From positions 82,954 through 146,953 of the forward strand of contig CBDUZW010000004.1 in NCBI GenBank assembly GCA_965371805.1: DNA of 64,000 nucleotides, written 5' to 3'. Shown here piece after piece: positions 29,066-38,652 of this stretch. A program made the position numbers and the translations under genes. The notes below the pieces were generated by a model, which was given only the letters and a program-made list of their open reading frames with translations, did no database searches and had not been told where the DNA came from. Numbering within the stretch: the first letter of the stretch is position 1; each line of letters begins with the position of its first letter. The DNA comes from an uncultured bacterium. Its GTDB lineage: Bacteria > Acidobacteriota > Aminicenantia > UBA2199.

Positions 29066-29443
29066 TTGTATAAAAAAACAAGGTTTTTTGATTTGAACTA
29101 TTACAAGTTTTTAGGTTCTTGGGCTTGGATTCTGCATAGGTTGACCGGTCTTGCTCTAATTTTTTACCTGTCGTTACATATTTTTGTAATTAATACGTTA
29201 ACCAGAGGAGCCGATCAGTTTAATGAAGTGATGAAGTTTTTGGGATCTCCGCTATTTAAATACCTTGAAATAGGCCTATGGTTTGTTATCCTATTTCATG
29301 CTTTTAATGGGGTAAGGATTTTAATCGTTGATTTCTCCAAAGGGTCTCTTTATCATAAAAAGTTATTTTGGATATTGATGGCAATAGCTTTTATAATGTG
29401 GGTATGGGGTAGTTATACTATACTTTCTCACATTTTAGGATAG
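29066..29443 (+). CDS. sdhC: Succinate dehydrogenase/fumarate reductase cytochrome b subunit
   Basis: 125 aa with 3 TM helices and heme-ligand histidines. First gene of the sdhCDAB operon. Confidence 0.7.
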   Translation: MYKKTRFFDLNYYKFLGSWAWILHRLTGLALIFYLSLHIFVINTLTRGADQFNEVMKFLGSPLFKYLEIGLWFVILFHAFNGVRILIVDFSKGSLYHKKLFWILMAIAFIMWVWGSYTILSHILG

Positions 29444-29453
29444 GAGATAAATT

Positions 29454-29840
29454 ATGAAAAAAAGATTAACTGAAACTTCAAAAACTGGAGCTATAGCCTG
29501 GTTATTTCAAAGAATAACAGCTGTTATTTTATTTATATTATTGATTGCTCATTATATTGGATATCATTTTCTCTCAAAAGGTGTTACTCCTGGTGGCAAG
29601 GATATAACTTTTAAAGAGGTTCAAGGGCTAATGAGTTCACCTTTTTTTAATCTAATTCAATTCCTTTTTCTTCTAACAGCTTTATATCATGGAATAAATG
29701 GGATCTGGATGGTAATTGAAGATTATATTTCTAATAAAGGGTGGAGGCTATTTCTTTACAGTGTATTAATTATTGTAGGAATAAGTTTATTATTTGTGGG
29801 GACTTTGACAATTTTAAAAGTCTCATCTTTAGGAGCTTAA
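29454..29840 (+). CDS. sdhD: Succinate dehydrogenase membrane anchor subunit
   Basis: 128 aa with 3 TM helices. Positioned between sdhC and sdhA. Confidence 0.65.
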   Translation: MKKRLTETSKTGAIAWLFQRITAVILFILLIAHYIGYHFLSKGVTPGGKDITFKEVQGLMSSPFFNLIQFLFLLTALYHGINGIWMVIEDYISNKGWRLFLYSVLIIVGISLLFVGTLTILKVSSLGA

Positions 29841-29842
29841 AG

Positions 29843-31579
29843 ATGAATATTATTGAATCAGAACGACATCATAAAATAGATGCTGTAATTGTAGGTGCAG
29901 GTCTAGCAGGACTTAGAGCAGCACTTGAAATTGCAAAGAATGGACAGAGAGTTGCCGTTGTAACTAAAGTATATCCAACACGATCACATTCCGGTGCGGC
30001 TCAGGGTGGAATAGCAGCTTCACTTGCAAATGTTGCTGAAGACTCATTAGAGATGCATATGTTTGATACTATTAAAGGTAGTGACTATCTTGGAGATCAG
30101 GATATCATTGAGTTTTTTGTTGCTGAAGCAAGAAAAACAGTATATGAGCTTGAGAATATGGGAGTGCCATTTTCAAGAACAGTGGATGGAAAGATAAATC
30201 AGAGACCTTTTGGCGGACATCAATCTCCGAGGGCCTGTTTTTCGGCAGATATTACCGGGCATGTTCTACTACATACGTTATATGAACAATGTGTCAAATA
30301 TAATGTTCTTTTTTTTAATGAATTTCAAGTTTTTTCACTCTTAATAAAGGATAATGTTTCTAGAGGGCTTGTTGCCTGGGACATAAGATATGGGGGATTT
30401 CATACCTTTCATGCAAAGTCTGTCTTGCTTGCAACAGGTGGCTATGGCAGAGCTTTTGAAATTACGTCTAATGCACATGCGAACACTGGTGACAGCCTGG
30501 CATTAATTCTGGAGAATGGACTTCCTCTTGAAGATATGGAATTTGTCCAATTTCACCCAACTGGAATATACAAACATGGAATTCTAATGTCTGAAGCCTG
30601 CCGTGGAGAGGGAGGCTATCTCACTAATGGCAAAGGTGAGCGGTTTATGGAAAATTATGCAAAGGATAAAATGGAACTTGCTCCAAGAGATGTAGTGTCC
30701 AGATCTGAACAGTCAGAAATAAATGAAGGCCGGGGTGTTGATGGAAAGGATTTTCTTTATCTTGATATGAGGCATCTGGGAAGTAAAAAAATATTAGAGA
30801 GACTCCCGCAGGTAAGGGATCTTGCATTAAATTATTTGAAAGTTGATATGATCTACGATCCTGTTCCAATTCAACCTACTGCACATTACTCAATGGGAGG
30901 AATTCCTGCAAATATAAATACTGAAGTTATTTTAGATGCAAAAGGTACTGTAGTTAAAGGATTGTATACAGCTGGAGAAGCAGCATGTCTTTCTCTGCAT
31001 GGTGGAAATAGACTGGGTACAAATTCCTTACAGGATGCAGCAACTTTTGGAAGAGTTGCCGGTCAATCTATATCTAAATTTAATGAGCAGAATCTATTTG
31101 AAGCTCTTCCTTCTAACTATATTGATAACGCTAAAGGGAAAGTATCTGCATTAATGGATGGAAAAGGAAAAGAAAGACATTCAGAGATTAGAGAAGAATT
31201 ACAGAAGAGTATGACAAAACATGTTGGTGTTTTTAGAAAAGAAGAGGATATGGTTAAATTGAAAGGAATCATTAAAGATCTCCAGGAAAGATTTAAAAAT
31301 GTTTCAATAGATGATAAGGGAGATATTTATAATATGGATCTTTTTGAAGCTTTTGAGGTTGGAAATCTATTGTCATTTTCTGAGGTGATGGTAGAAGGTG
31401 CTATTGCAAGAAAAGAGTCAAGAGGTGCACATTTTAGAACGGATTTCCCTAAACGGGATGATAAAACCTGGATGAAACATACATTCGCATGGAAGACTGA
31501 AGATGGTGTTAAACTTGATCATTCAAAAGAAGTTGTTATTTATATGGATAGATTCCCGCCGATTGAAAGGAAATACTAA
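29843..31579 (+). CDS. sdhA: Succinate dehydrogenase/fumarate reductase flavoprotein subunit
   Basis: Start re-assigned to the ATG at 29843 ([24 protein letters not shown]), which has an AGGAG RBS and sits directly after the sdhD stop. FAD-binding site [14 protein letters not shown] motif and the C-terminal flavoprotein region are present. Confidence 0.9.
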   Translation: MNIIESERHHKIDAVIVGAGLAGLRAALEIAKNGQRVAVVTKVYPTRSHSGAAQGGIAASLANVAEDSLEMHMFDTIKGSDYLGDQDIIEFFVAEARKTVYELENMGVPFSRTVDGKINQRPFGGHQSPRACFSADITGHVLLHTLYEQCVKYNVLFFNEFQVFSLLIKDNVSRGLVAWDIRYGGFHTFHAKSVLLATGGYGRAFEITSNAHANTGDSLALILENGLPLEDMEFVQFHPTGIYKHGILMSEACRGEGGYLTNGKGERFMENYAKDKMELAPRDVVSRSEQSEINEGRGVDGKDFLYLDMRHLGSKKILERLPQVRDLALNYLKVDMIYDPVPIQPTAHYSMGGIPANINTEVILDAKGTVVKGLYTAGEAACLSLHGGNRLGTNSLQDAATFGRVAGQSISKFNEQNLFEALPSNYIDNAKGKVSALMDGKGKERHSEIREELQKSMTKHVGVFRKEEDMVKLKGIIKDLQERFKNVSIDDKGDIYNMDLFEAFEVGNLLSFSEVMVEGAIARKESRGAHFRTDFPKRDDKTWMKHTFAWKTEDGVKLDHSKEVVIYMDRFPPIERKY

Positions 31580-31590
31580 GGAGAACTGAG

Positions 31591-32298
31591 ATGTCTAAAG
31601 AAAAAAGAAATATAAAAATTTTAAGATATGATCCAAAAACTGACAAAAAACCATATTGGAAATCCTATGACCTTGAGTTTGATCCTGAATTAACAATTCT
31701 AGATGTGCTAAATGAGATCCATTGGAAGGTAGATGGCTCTCTTGCCTATAGACGATCCTGCAGGAGTGCTATATGCGGGTCGTGTGCAATGAAGATAAAC
31801 GGACAAAATCTTCTTGCCTGTGAAACTCCTTTACACAAATTTAAAGGAACTATTAAGATAGAACCTTTACCAGGTTTTCCAATTTTAAAAGATCTTGTTG
31901 TTGATATGGATGGTTTTTTTGAAAAAATGAATAGGGTAAAACCCTATCTGATTTTGGAAAAACCTGCTCCGGATAAGGAGTTTTTACAATCTCCTGAGGA
32001 GTTTGAAAATATCAGAGAGGCTGCAAACTGTATTTTATGTGGAGCCTGTACTTCGTCCTGTCCAAGTTTATGGGCGAATGAAGATTATTTAGGACCGGCA
32101 GCTTTACTGAAAGCTTATAGATTTGTTTTTGACACAAGGGATGATGGTTCAGTTGACAGGATAGATATTGTAAATGACAAGAATGGTATTTGGCGTTGTC
32201 ACACAATCTTTAATTGTATGGAAGCTTGTCCGAAAAACATTAAAATCACAGAGTATCTTTCGAGGCTAAAGATAAAAGTCTTAGAAAATTCAATATAA
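31591..32298 (+). CDS. sdhB: Succinate dehydrogenase iron-sulfur subunit
   Basis: 2Fe-2S motif CRSAICGSCAM, 4Fe-4S motif CILCGACTSSCP, and 3Fe-4S motif CHTIFNCMEACP. Confidence 0.9.
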   Translation: MSKEKRNIKILRYDPKTDKKPYWKSYDLEFDPELTILDVLNEIHWKVDGSLAYRRSCRSAICGSCAMKINGQNLLACETPLHKFKGTIKIEPLPGFPILKDLVVDMDGFFEKMNRVKPYLILEKPAPDKEFLQSPEEFENIREAANCILCGACTSSCPSLWANEDYLGPAALLKAYRFVFDTRDDGSVDRIDIVNDKNGIWRCHTIFNCMEACPKNIKITEYLSRLKIKVLENSI

Positions 32299-32302
32299 AA
32301 AA

Positions 32303-32345
32303 GTGTGGGGGGAATTCCCCCCACACTCTTGACTTTTGTTTTAAA
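32303..32345 (+). terminator. Rho-independent terminator after sdhB
   Basis: Perfect GC-rich hairpin GTGTGGGGGGAATTCCCCCCACAC followed by a T-rich stretch. Confidence 0.6.
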
Positions 32346-32405
32346 AACATTTAAATTATAGTATTATCTGGTTTAAATTAGAGAATATATAACAAAAGAG
32401 GTAGA

Positions 32406-33164
32406 ATGGATATATCGACGATTATTGGATTGTTAACAGCCATAATTTTGATTGTTATGGCCATGGGAAGCAATCTTGCTTCATTTATAGATGCTCCTTC
32501 GTTAATGATTGTTGTTGGTGGTACTATTGGTGCTATATTTATAAGATACCCTTTGAACAGTGTCTTTTCCATATATAAAATTGGTTTGAAGACAATTCTT
32601 ACCAAGTTGGAGAGTCCTGATGCTATGATAAGAAATATTCTGTCCCTATCGGTTGAAGCAAAAAAAAATGGAATTCTAGGACTTGAAAAAGTTAAGATAG
32701 AAAACGCATTTCTGAAAAAGGGAGTCCAGCTTGCTATTGATGGAGTCGAACCGGAACTGATAGAGGCTGTTTTGAAAATAGATGTTGCTTCAACCGGAGC
32801 AAGACATGAAGTTGGGATAGGCATGCTGGCTTCTGGAGGCGATGCCGCTCCTGCTTTTGGGATGATTGGTACTCTTGTTGGATTAGTATTAATGCTTGGA
32901 AATATGGATGATCCAAAGTCTATCGGACCTGCGATGTCCATTGCTCTGCTTACAACACTATATGGTTCAATACTTGCAAATGTTTTCTTCATACCCTTAT
33001 CAGATAAACTGACATTTTTTCATCTAAGGGAAGCTGAATTGAAAAATCTAATAATAAGTGGTATTTTGTCTATTGCAAATGGTGACCATCCTGCAGTAGT
33101 TCAGGAAAAACTGGCTTCCTTCTTACAGCCAAGTTTAAGAGCATCAATAGAACAGAGAAAATAG
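32406..33164 (+). CDS. motA: Flagellar motor stator protein MotA (MotA/TolQ/ExbB family)
   Basis: 252 aa, 4 TM helices. The conserved C-terminal channel helices (GPAMSIALLTTLYGSILAN) are present. Followed by an OmpA-type MotB gene. Confidence 0.75.
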   Translation: MDISTIIGLLTAIILIVMAMGSNLASFIDAPSLMIVVGGTIGAIFIRYPLNSVFSIYKIGLKTILTKLESPDAMIRNILSLSVEAKKNGILGLEKVKIENAFLKKGVQLAIDGVEPELIEAVLKIDVASTGARHEVGIGMLASGGDAAPAFGMIGTLVGLVLMLGNMDDPKSIGPAMSIALLTTLYGSILANVFFIPLSDKLTFFHLREAELKNLIISGILSIANGDHPAVVQEKLASFLQPSLRASIEQRK

Positions 33165-33168
33165 AAAA

Positions 33169-33888
33169 ATGTCTGAAGATCAGGAATGCCCCAAAGCTAA
33201 AAAAGGAGCTCCTTTATGGATGGTTACCTTTGGAGATATGATGAGTCTTCTCCTTACATTTTTTGTTCTGCTCCTCTCCTTTGCAAATATGGATATGATT
33301 AAATATAAAGAGGTTTTAGGTTCAGTTGAAAAGGCATTCGGGACCCAGAAAGAACGGTTGATACTAGGTACCGAAGAAGAAGAACCCGAAATAAAAAAAG
33401 ATGTGCCAAAGTACCCAAAGGAAACGCAGAGAGATCTAAAAAAAAAAAAACTAATAGAGCTGTTAAATGACCGTGTAAGAGAGGAAAATCTCACCGAAAG
33501 TGTCAGTGTAATTGAAGATCAAAAAGGTGTGAGACTTGAGATCCAGGGGGGGATAATGTTTAAACCTGGTGGTATTATACTCTTACCGGGGGCAAAAACT
33601 CTATTTCAAAAATTGATCCCAATCATAAGAACATCAGGATCACCTAAAATCTCTGTAGAAGGGCATTCTGACAATATGCCTTTTAGTAACGCTAGATTCT
33701 CATCAAACTGGGAGCTCTCTGCTGCAAGGGCAGGAAGTGTTGTCAGTTATCTTATTAGGAACGGAAGGTTACCCAAAAAGAAATTTGTTGTTGAAGGATA
33801 TGCAGATAATCGAAATATAACAGATAATTCAACGCCGGCAAAAAGAGCAGCAAATAGAAGAGTAGCAATAGTTTTTGAAGTTTTTTAG
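33169..33888 (+). CDS. motB: Flagellar motor stator protein MotB (OmpA-like C-terminal domain)
   Basis: Single TM helix with an Asp-containing plug region. C-terminal OmpA-like motif (NWELSAARA...ANRRVAIVF). Confidence 0.75.
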   Translation: MSEDQECPKAKKGAPLWMVTFGDMMSLLLTFFVLLLSFANMDMIKYKEVLGSVEKAFGTQKERLILGTEEEEPEIKKDVPKYPKETQRDLKKKKLIELLNDRVREENLTESVSVIEDQKGVRLEIQGGIMFKPGGIILLPGAKTLFQKLIPIIRTSGSPKISVEGHSDNMPFSNARFSSNWELSAARAGSVVSYLIRNGRLPKKKFVVEGYADNRNITDNSTPAKRAANRRVAIVFEVF

Positions 33889-33901
33889 TTAAACCTGATT
33901 C

Positions 33902-33999
33902 AACCAATTTTAATAGCGATCAGCACATTCAGCCGCACCATAAGTCATCACAAAACTCCTCGACATACTTATTAGTATGCCTGTGGTTTTTGTAATAAC
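33902..33999 (-). repeat. Copy 1 of a repeated leader-plus-mini-ORF element (MSRSFVMTYGAAECADRY*)
   Basis: Conserved about 33-nt leader ACAAAAACCACAGGCATACTAATAAGT followed by ATG (33966, minus) and an 18-codon ORF ending at 33910. Homologous to 34048-34130 and to 55484-55621. Confidence 0.5.
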
Positions 34000-34047
34000 T
34001 TCTGCTAGCAACATTTATGCACTGCTCATCTATAAAAATTTGTTAAA

Positions 34048-34130
34048 TCAGGTTCTTATAAACCAATTTTTATTGGGATCAGTACATTCTGCTGCACCAT
34101 AAATCATCACAAAAATCCTTGATATTCTAC
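34048..34130 (-). repeat. Copy 2 (degenerate) of the same element, overlapping the 3' end of the radical SAM gene
   Basis: About 80% nucleotide identity to copy 1. The first ATG is mutated to ATA. A shorter ORF, MIYGAAECTDPNKNWFIRT*, runs 34107 to 34048 on the minus strand. 2 of the 4 substitutions in the shared ORF core are synonymous. Confidence 0.45.
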
Positions 34131-35167
34131 CAGCAGCCTTTTATTATTTCCTGGCATTTAGCGCATTTTCCATCCTGCAGGCCGGGAACTTCAGTATAAT
34201 ATCCTGACCTTTTTACCAGGATATTCTTACAGTTTGGACATAATGTGTTTGAATATTTATTGTCCTGAATGTTTCCACTGTAAATGTATTTTAAACCCAT
34301 CTTTTTCCCAAGCTCCACAACTTTATAGATGGTTTCAATATTTGTAGGTTGATGATTATCGAAATTATAAGTTGGATAAAATCTAGAAATATGCCATGGG
34401 ATTTCAGGGTCTGTATTGAGAATAAACTCTATAAGTTTTTTAATCTCTTCCTCATTGTCATTTTTTCCATTTATTAACAAGGTTGTGATTTCAATGTGAA
34501 TGTCGGCTTCTTTAAATCTTCTAACTGTATTTAAAACCGGTTTTAATGAACCCTTACAGTATTTATTGTAAAAATCATCTGAAAAAGCTTTTATGTCAAT
34601 ATTAGCCGCATCAATATCCATAGATAGGTTGTCAATTGCTTCATTACTTAAGAAACCGTTTGAAACCATTATGTTTTTCAGACCTTCTTTTTTTGCCTTT
34701 ATTGCAACCGTTTTCATCAACTCATAGTAAACTGTAGGTTCGGTGTATGTGTAAGCTATAGATTTTGCACTAGATGTGATAGCTGCTTTTATAATATCCG
34801 ACTCAAGTATTTTTTTTCCATAAATTTCATGGTTCTTTTGTACCATTGAAATAGAATGATTTTGACAAAAATCACAGCTGAAATTGCATCCCATGGCTGC
34901 TATCGAAAATGATATTGAAGCTGGTAAGAAATGATATAAAGGTTTTTTCTCAATTGGATCTGAAGACATTGAAATTACCTTATCGGAATTTAATGAATAT
35001 AATTCTCCAGATATGTTTTTCCTAACCCTGCAAATTCCTGTTTTATTCAGAGCTATTTTGCAATAATGGGGGCATAATAAACACGTAATCCTGCCATCTT
35101 TAAGTTTTTTAAAAAGCTTTCCTTTTATCATTGGTAGTTTTGTCAATAGTTTCAGAGATACGCTCAC
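34127..35167 (-). CDS. AmmeMemoRadiSam-type radical SAM enzyme
   Basis: CxxC-type N-terminal cysteines (CLLCPHYCK...GICRVR), the PIEKKPLYHF motif, and the radical SAM cluster motif CNFSCDFCQN. 346 aa. Confidence 0.6.
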   Translation of the reverse strand: MSVSLKLLTKLPMIKGKLFKKLKDGRITCLLCPHYCKIALNKTGICRVRKNISGELYSLNSDKVISMSSDPIEKKPLYHFLPASISFSIAAMGCNFSCDFCQNHSISMVQKNHEIYGKKILESDIIKAAITSSAKSIAYTYTEPTVYYELMKTVAIKAKKEGLKNIMVSNGFLSNEAIDNLSMDIDAANIDIKAFSDDFYNKYCKGSLKPVLNTVRRFKEADIHIEITTLLINGKNDNEEEIKKLIEFILNTDPEIPWHISRFYPTYNFDNHQPTNIETIYKVVELGKKMGLKYIYSGNIQDNKYSNTLCPNCKNILVKRSGYYTEVPGLQDGKCAKCQEIIKGCW

Positions 35168-35215
35168 TCTTTTTACTATTTCGACTAAAGGACTATTTTA
35201 TAATGAATATATTAT

Positions 35216-35539
35216 TTAAGCAAGAAGTTCTTTTAGTTTTTCTTCTATCATAGCTGGAGCGACTGATCCTACTAATTGACTTTGGACATTTTTGTTTTTT
35301 ATAAAAAGAATAGTTGGTAATCCTCTTACCATGTATCTTGAAGATGTTCTAGGGCAATCATTTACATTTATCTTTACAATATTAACAGATGAGCCATAAT
35401 CAAGTGCCATTCTTTCAAGAGGTGGTTCCAGTGATTTACAGGGTTCACAGGTTGGTGACCAAAAATCGACTATTAATGTTTTCGGATCATCCAAAAATTT
35501 CCCAAAACTCAAATCGTCTGCCTTAACTACTTTACCCAT
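35216..35539 (-). CDS. trxA: Thioredoxin
   Basis: 107 aa with the WSPTCEPCK active-site motif. Confidence 0.8.
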   Translation of the reverse strand: MGKVVKADDLSFGKFLDDPKTLIVDFWSPTCEPCKSLEPPLERMALDYGSSVNIVKINVNDCPRTSSRYMVRGLPTILFIKNKNVQSQLVGSVAPAMIEEKLKELLA

Positions 35540-35795
35540 TTATTTTCCCCTTATTGGTTATATAAAACCATGCAAAAATCCCTCAAATCTAAGTTGAGGT
35601 GACACACTGTATGTAGCGTATTCAGTCTTTCTTAACGCTAACTGTATTGTAAACTTTTAAAAAAAAAAAGTCAAGAGAAAAAAATATTTTTTTTTGGAGT
35701 TAATTATTTAAGCTGTGTATAATACTTTTCTCTTGACTTTAAAAGTAAATTTTCATAGAATTTTTTATAATTTTATTTTGTAATAGGAGTGTAAT

Positions 35796-35993
35796 ATGAA
35801 AATCTTTGTAGATGATAAAGAAATAGAAATCTTTGTTGGAGCTAGAATTGCTGATATTCTTAGATCGTATTCAGAAGTAGAGTATGAAGACATAAAAAAA
35901 GGCAAAAAAAATATTTATGATGAATTTGATAATAGAGTTAGTCTTGATGGTGCAGTAGCTTCCGGTAATAGATATTATTTAAGGAAGAGTTGA
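35796..35993 (+). CDS. Small hypothetical protein (65 aa)
   Basis: ORF whose stop overlaps the start of the nucleotidase gene (ATGA). No recognisable domain. Confidence 0.25.
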   Translation: MKIFVDDKEIEIFVGARIADILRSYSEVEYEDIKKGKKNIYDEFDNRVSLDGAVASGNRYYLRKS

Positions 35994-38044
35994 TGAGAAA
36001 TACAAAGCGATATTCTGTTATTTCAATAGTTATTTTTGTCTTCTTGTGTATTACAATAAATAATTTTGCAAAAGATGTAAAAGTAACTATCTTTCATATG
36101 AATGATATTCATTCGAATATAAAAAACTTTGCTAAGGTTGCAAAAATTGTTAAAGAAGCAAAAATGAAAAACAAAAATGTTTATTTATTCAATTGCGGAG
36201 ACAATTTCAGTGGTAATCCTATTGTCGACCAGTTTGATCCAAGAGGTGAACCTTTGCTTATACTCTTCAAACTCATGAACTTTGATGTTTTAGCATTAGG
36301 GAATCATGATTTTGATTATGGACATAAGGTGTTAAGAAGATTTATTTTAAAAAGTTCATTTAGAACTCTTTGCGCTAATTTCGAAGATACAAAAGGCCTT
36401 TTAAAAAATGTTTCTCCATACACTATTCTGAAAACGGATGGTGGCTTAAAAATAGCGTTACTTGGACTTATTCAAGTTGAAAAAGATACAAAACGTCCCA
36501 GTACTCATCCCAAAAACATACCAGGAATTATATTTAAGGACGAGTTGGATACAATAGAGCAATATGAATTTCTACAAAAAAAAAACAATGCATTGATTGT
36601 TCTTTCTCATATGGGGTTTGAAAAGGATGTAAAATCTTCTGAGAAATTCAACTGGATCGATCTGATAATTGGAGGCCATTCTCATACTATTATTGAGGAA
36701 CCAAAAGAGTTTAACGGGGTTTTGATAACACAGGCAGGTTCTAAGGGGGAGTATTTAGGCAAGGTAGATTTGGTTTTTAGAAATAAAGTCTTAATCAGCA
36801 AAACAGGTACTTTAATAGATCTGACAAAAGTAAAAAAAGAGGATGAAGAGATAAAAAAGATTGTTAAAAATTTCAATAGCAATGAAACCATGAAAAGAGT
36901 TATCACGAACTTACCATTTAGACTGGAAGGAAAAAGGGAACTGGGAAATATGATTTGCGATGCAATAATTGATCACCAAAATGTTGACATTGCTCTTATG
37001 AACAGAGGCGGTATCAGAATTGGAAGACTAAATAAAAAAGTAACTGTTAAAGATATTTATACAATGCACCCCTTTAATAATGATCTTATAGTATTCAACC
37101 TTACTCCTACTGAGATAAGATCTTTGATTGAAACCAGCTTTAAAAAAGGAGGTAAGATAGATCTTTATTCAGGAGGATTGTCTTATACTGTTTTTAAACC
37201 TGTTAGCAAGAAATTTGGGATTGAAAAAATAATTCTTAAAGACAAAAATGGAGAATTGTTAAATGAATCAAAAAAATATTCGGTATGTGTTAATAATTAC
37301 ATAGCTTCTTCATATAAATTCAAGAAGGAAGATGCTGGAAAATCTGCAAACATTACGCTTGCTGAAGTTGTTACTGAATATTTAAAGAGCAGAAAAACCT
37401 TTTCAAATTATAAAAAAATAGTACGAACTGAAATTAAACTTTTTATAGATAAGGATGCAAAAACTATTGGTGTTACAGCTGCAACGATCAGTAACGAAGG
37501 AATAAGAGAAGGTTCCTGCAGTTCGGGGAATCTTATTACAGATGCACTCAGATCTGAATTAAAAGCTGATGTTGCGTTTTATCCAAGTAGAAATATCAAT
37601 GCGGGAACGACAATTAAAGCGTCAGAGAAAATCTATATGGATTTTATTCCTTTAATTTACAAATATTCATCGACAAATAAAATAATTTCAGGATATATTA
37701 AAGGGAAGGACATTTCCGACTTTCTTTTTAAAATATTGAAATATAGAAACAAGGCAGATCTTCAGGTCGCAGGAATAAACTATACGATAAGGAAAAATAA
37801 ATCAGGTAAAGTGGTTGGTTTAGATTGCTATATAGAAAAAAAAAGAATAGTGGATTCTAAAATATATAAAGCTGTATTCACTGATTATGAATTTGAAAAA
37901 TTCTATGATATAAAAGATAAGGTTGAAAATATACAAAAAAGCAAACGAACGATCGTTCAGATACTTAATGACTATATAGTTAAACAAAAAAAGATTTCAA
38001 AGAGTATAGAAGAGAAGAGAATAAAGATTATAGAGGAAAATTAG
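35990..38044 (+). CDS. Bifunctional metallophosphatase/5'-nucleotidase (UshA-like)
   Basis: Signal/TM segment. Calcineurin-like motifs [16 protein letters not shown] and GNHDFDYG. C-terminal 5'-nucleotidase domain. Confidence 0.8.
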   Translation: MMRNTKRYSVISIVIFVFLCITINNFAKDVKVTIFHMNDIHSNIKNFAKVAKIVKEAKMKNKNVYLFNCGDNFSGNPIVDQFDPRGEPLLILFKLMNFDVLALGNHDFDYGHKVLRRFILKSSFRTLCANFEDTKGLLKNVSPYTILKTDGGLKIALLGLIQVEKDTKRPSTHPKNIPGIIFKDELDTIEQYEFLQKKNNALIVLSHMGFEKDVKSSEKFNWIDLIIGGHSHTIIEEPKEFNGVLITQAGSKGEYLGKVDLVFRNKVLISKTGTLIDLTKVKKEDEEIKKIVKNFNSNETMKRVITNLPFRLEGKRELGNMICDAIIDHQNVDIALMNRGGIRIGRLNKKVTVKDIYTMHPFNNDLIVFNLTPTEIRSLIETSFKKGGKIDLYSGGLSYTVFKPVSKKFGIEKIILKDKNGELLNESKKYSVCVNNYIASSYKFKKEDAGKSANITLAEVVTEYLKSRKTFSNYKKIVRTEIKLFIDKDAKTIGVTAATISNEGIREGSCSSGNLITDALRSELKADVAFYPSRNINAGTTIKASEKIYMDFIPLIYKYSSTNKIISGYIKGKDISDFLFKILKYRNKADLQVAGINYTIRKNKSGKVVGLDCYIEKKRIVDSKIYKAVFTDYEFEKFYDIKDKVENIQKSKRTIVQILNDYIVKQKKISKSIEEKRIKIIEEN

Positions 38045-38045
38045 A

Positions 38046-38615
38046 ATGGCGCAATTATATTTTAGATATTCTACAATGAATGCAGGAAAATCAACTGAGA
38101 TTCTTAAAATAGCTCATAACTATAGTGAACAGAACAAATTAGTCCTACTTCTCACTCCAGCAATTGACACAAGATATGGAGTTGGGAAAATAACATCAAG
38201 GATGGGCTTTCAAAAGGATGCAATAATTATCTCAGACAAAATCAACATTAAAGATATTACAGAAAAAGAAAACCCCGATTGCGTTTTAGTTGATGAGGGA
38301 CAATTTTTATCAAGAGAGAATGTTATTGAGCTTACAGAGGTGGTTGACAAACTAAATATTCCGGTTATTGTTTATGGATTAAAGAATGATTATAGAAACA
38401 GGCTTTTTGAAGGTAGTGAGGCCTTATTATTGTTCTCAGATAAAATAGAAGAAGTTAAGACTGTATGCTGGTATTGTACAAAAAAAGCAACTATGCTGAT
38501 TAAGTATAAAGATGGAGTTCCTGTAAATAAAGGGGAGCAAATTGAGATAGGCGGCAATGACAAATATGTTTCGGTTTGTAGAAAATGTTATTCATCAAAA
38601 GTTGAATTAGTATAA
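38046..38615 (+). CDS. tdk: Thymidine kinase
   Basis: P-loop [11 protein letters not shown] and C-terminal zinc-ribbon cysteines (CWYC...CRKC). Confidence 0.9.
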   Translation: MAQLYFRYSTMNAGKSTEILKIAHNYSEQNKLVLLLTPAIDTRYGVGKITSRMGFQKDAIIISDKINIKDITEKENPDCVLVDEGQFLSRENVIELTEVVDKLNIPVIVYGLKNDYRNRLFEGSEALLLFSDKIEEVKTVCWYCTKKATMLIKYKDGVPVNKGEQIEIGGNDKYVSVCRKCYSSKVELV

Positions 38616-38652
38616 TTCTTTTATAAATTCTCCTGATTCTTACTGAATTTTT

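Noticed and set aside
29741-29842. Upstream extension of sdhA overlapping sdhD
   Set aside because: The ATG at 29843 with an AGGAG RBS gives the canonical SdhA N-terminus (FAD-binding GAG motif). The extension has no homology and overlaps sdhD.
32378-32992. 204-aa minus-strand ORF overlapping motA
   Set aside because: Lies entirely antisense to a well-supported motA gene. Low-complexity Pro/Ser/Ile composition and no motif. A typical shadow ORF.
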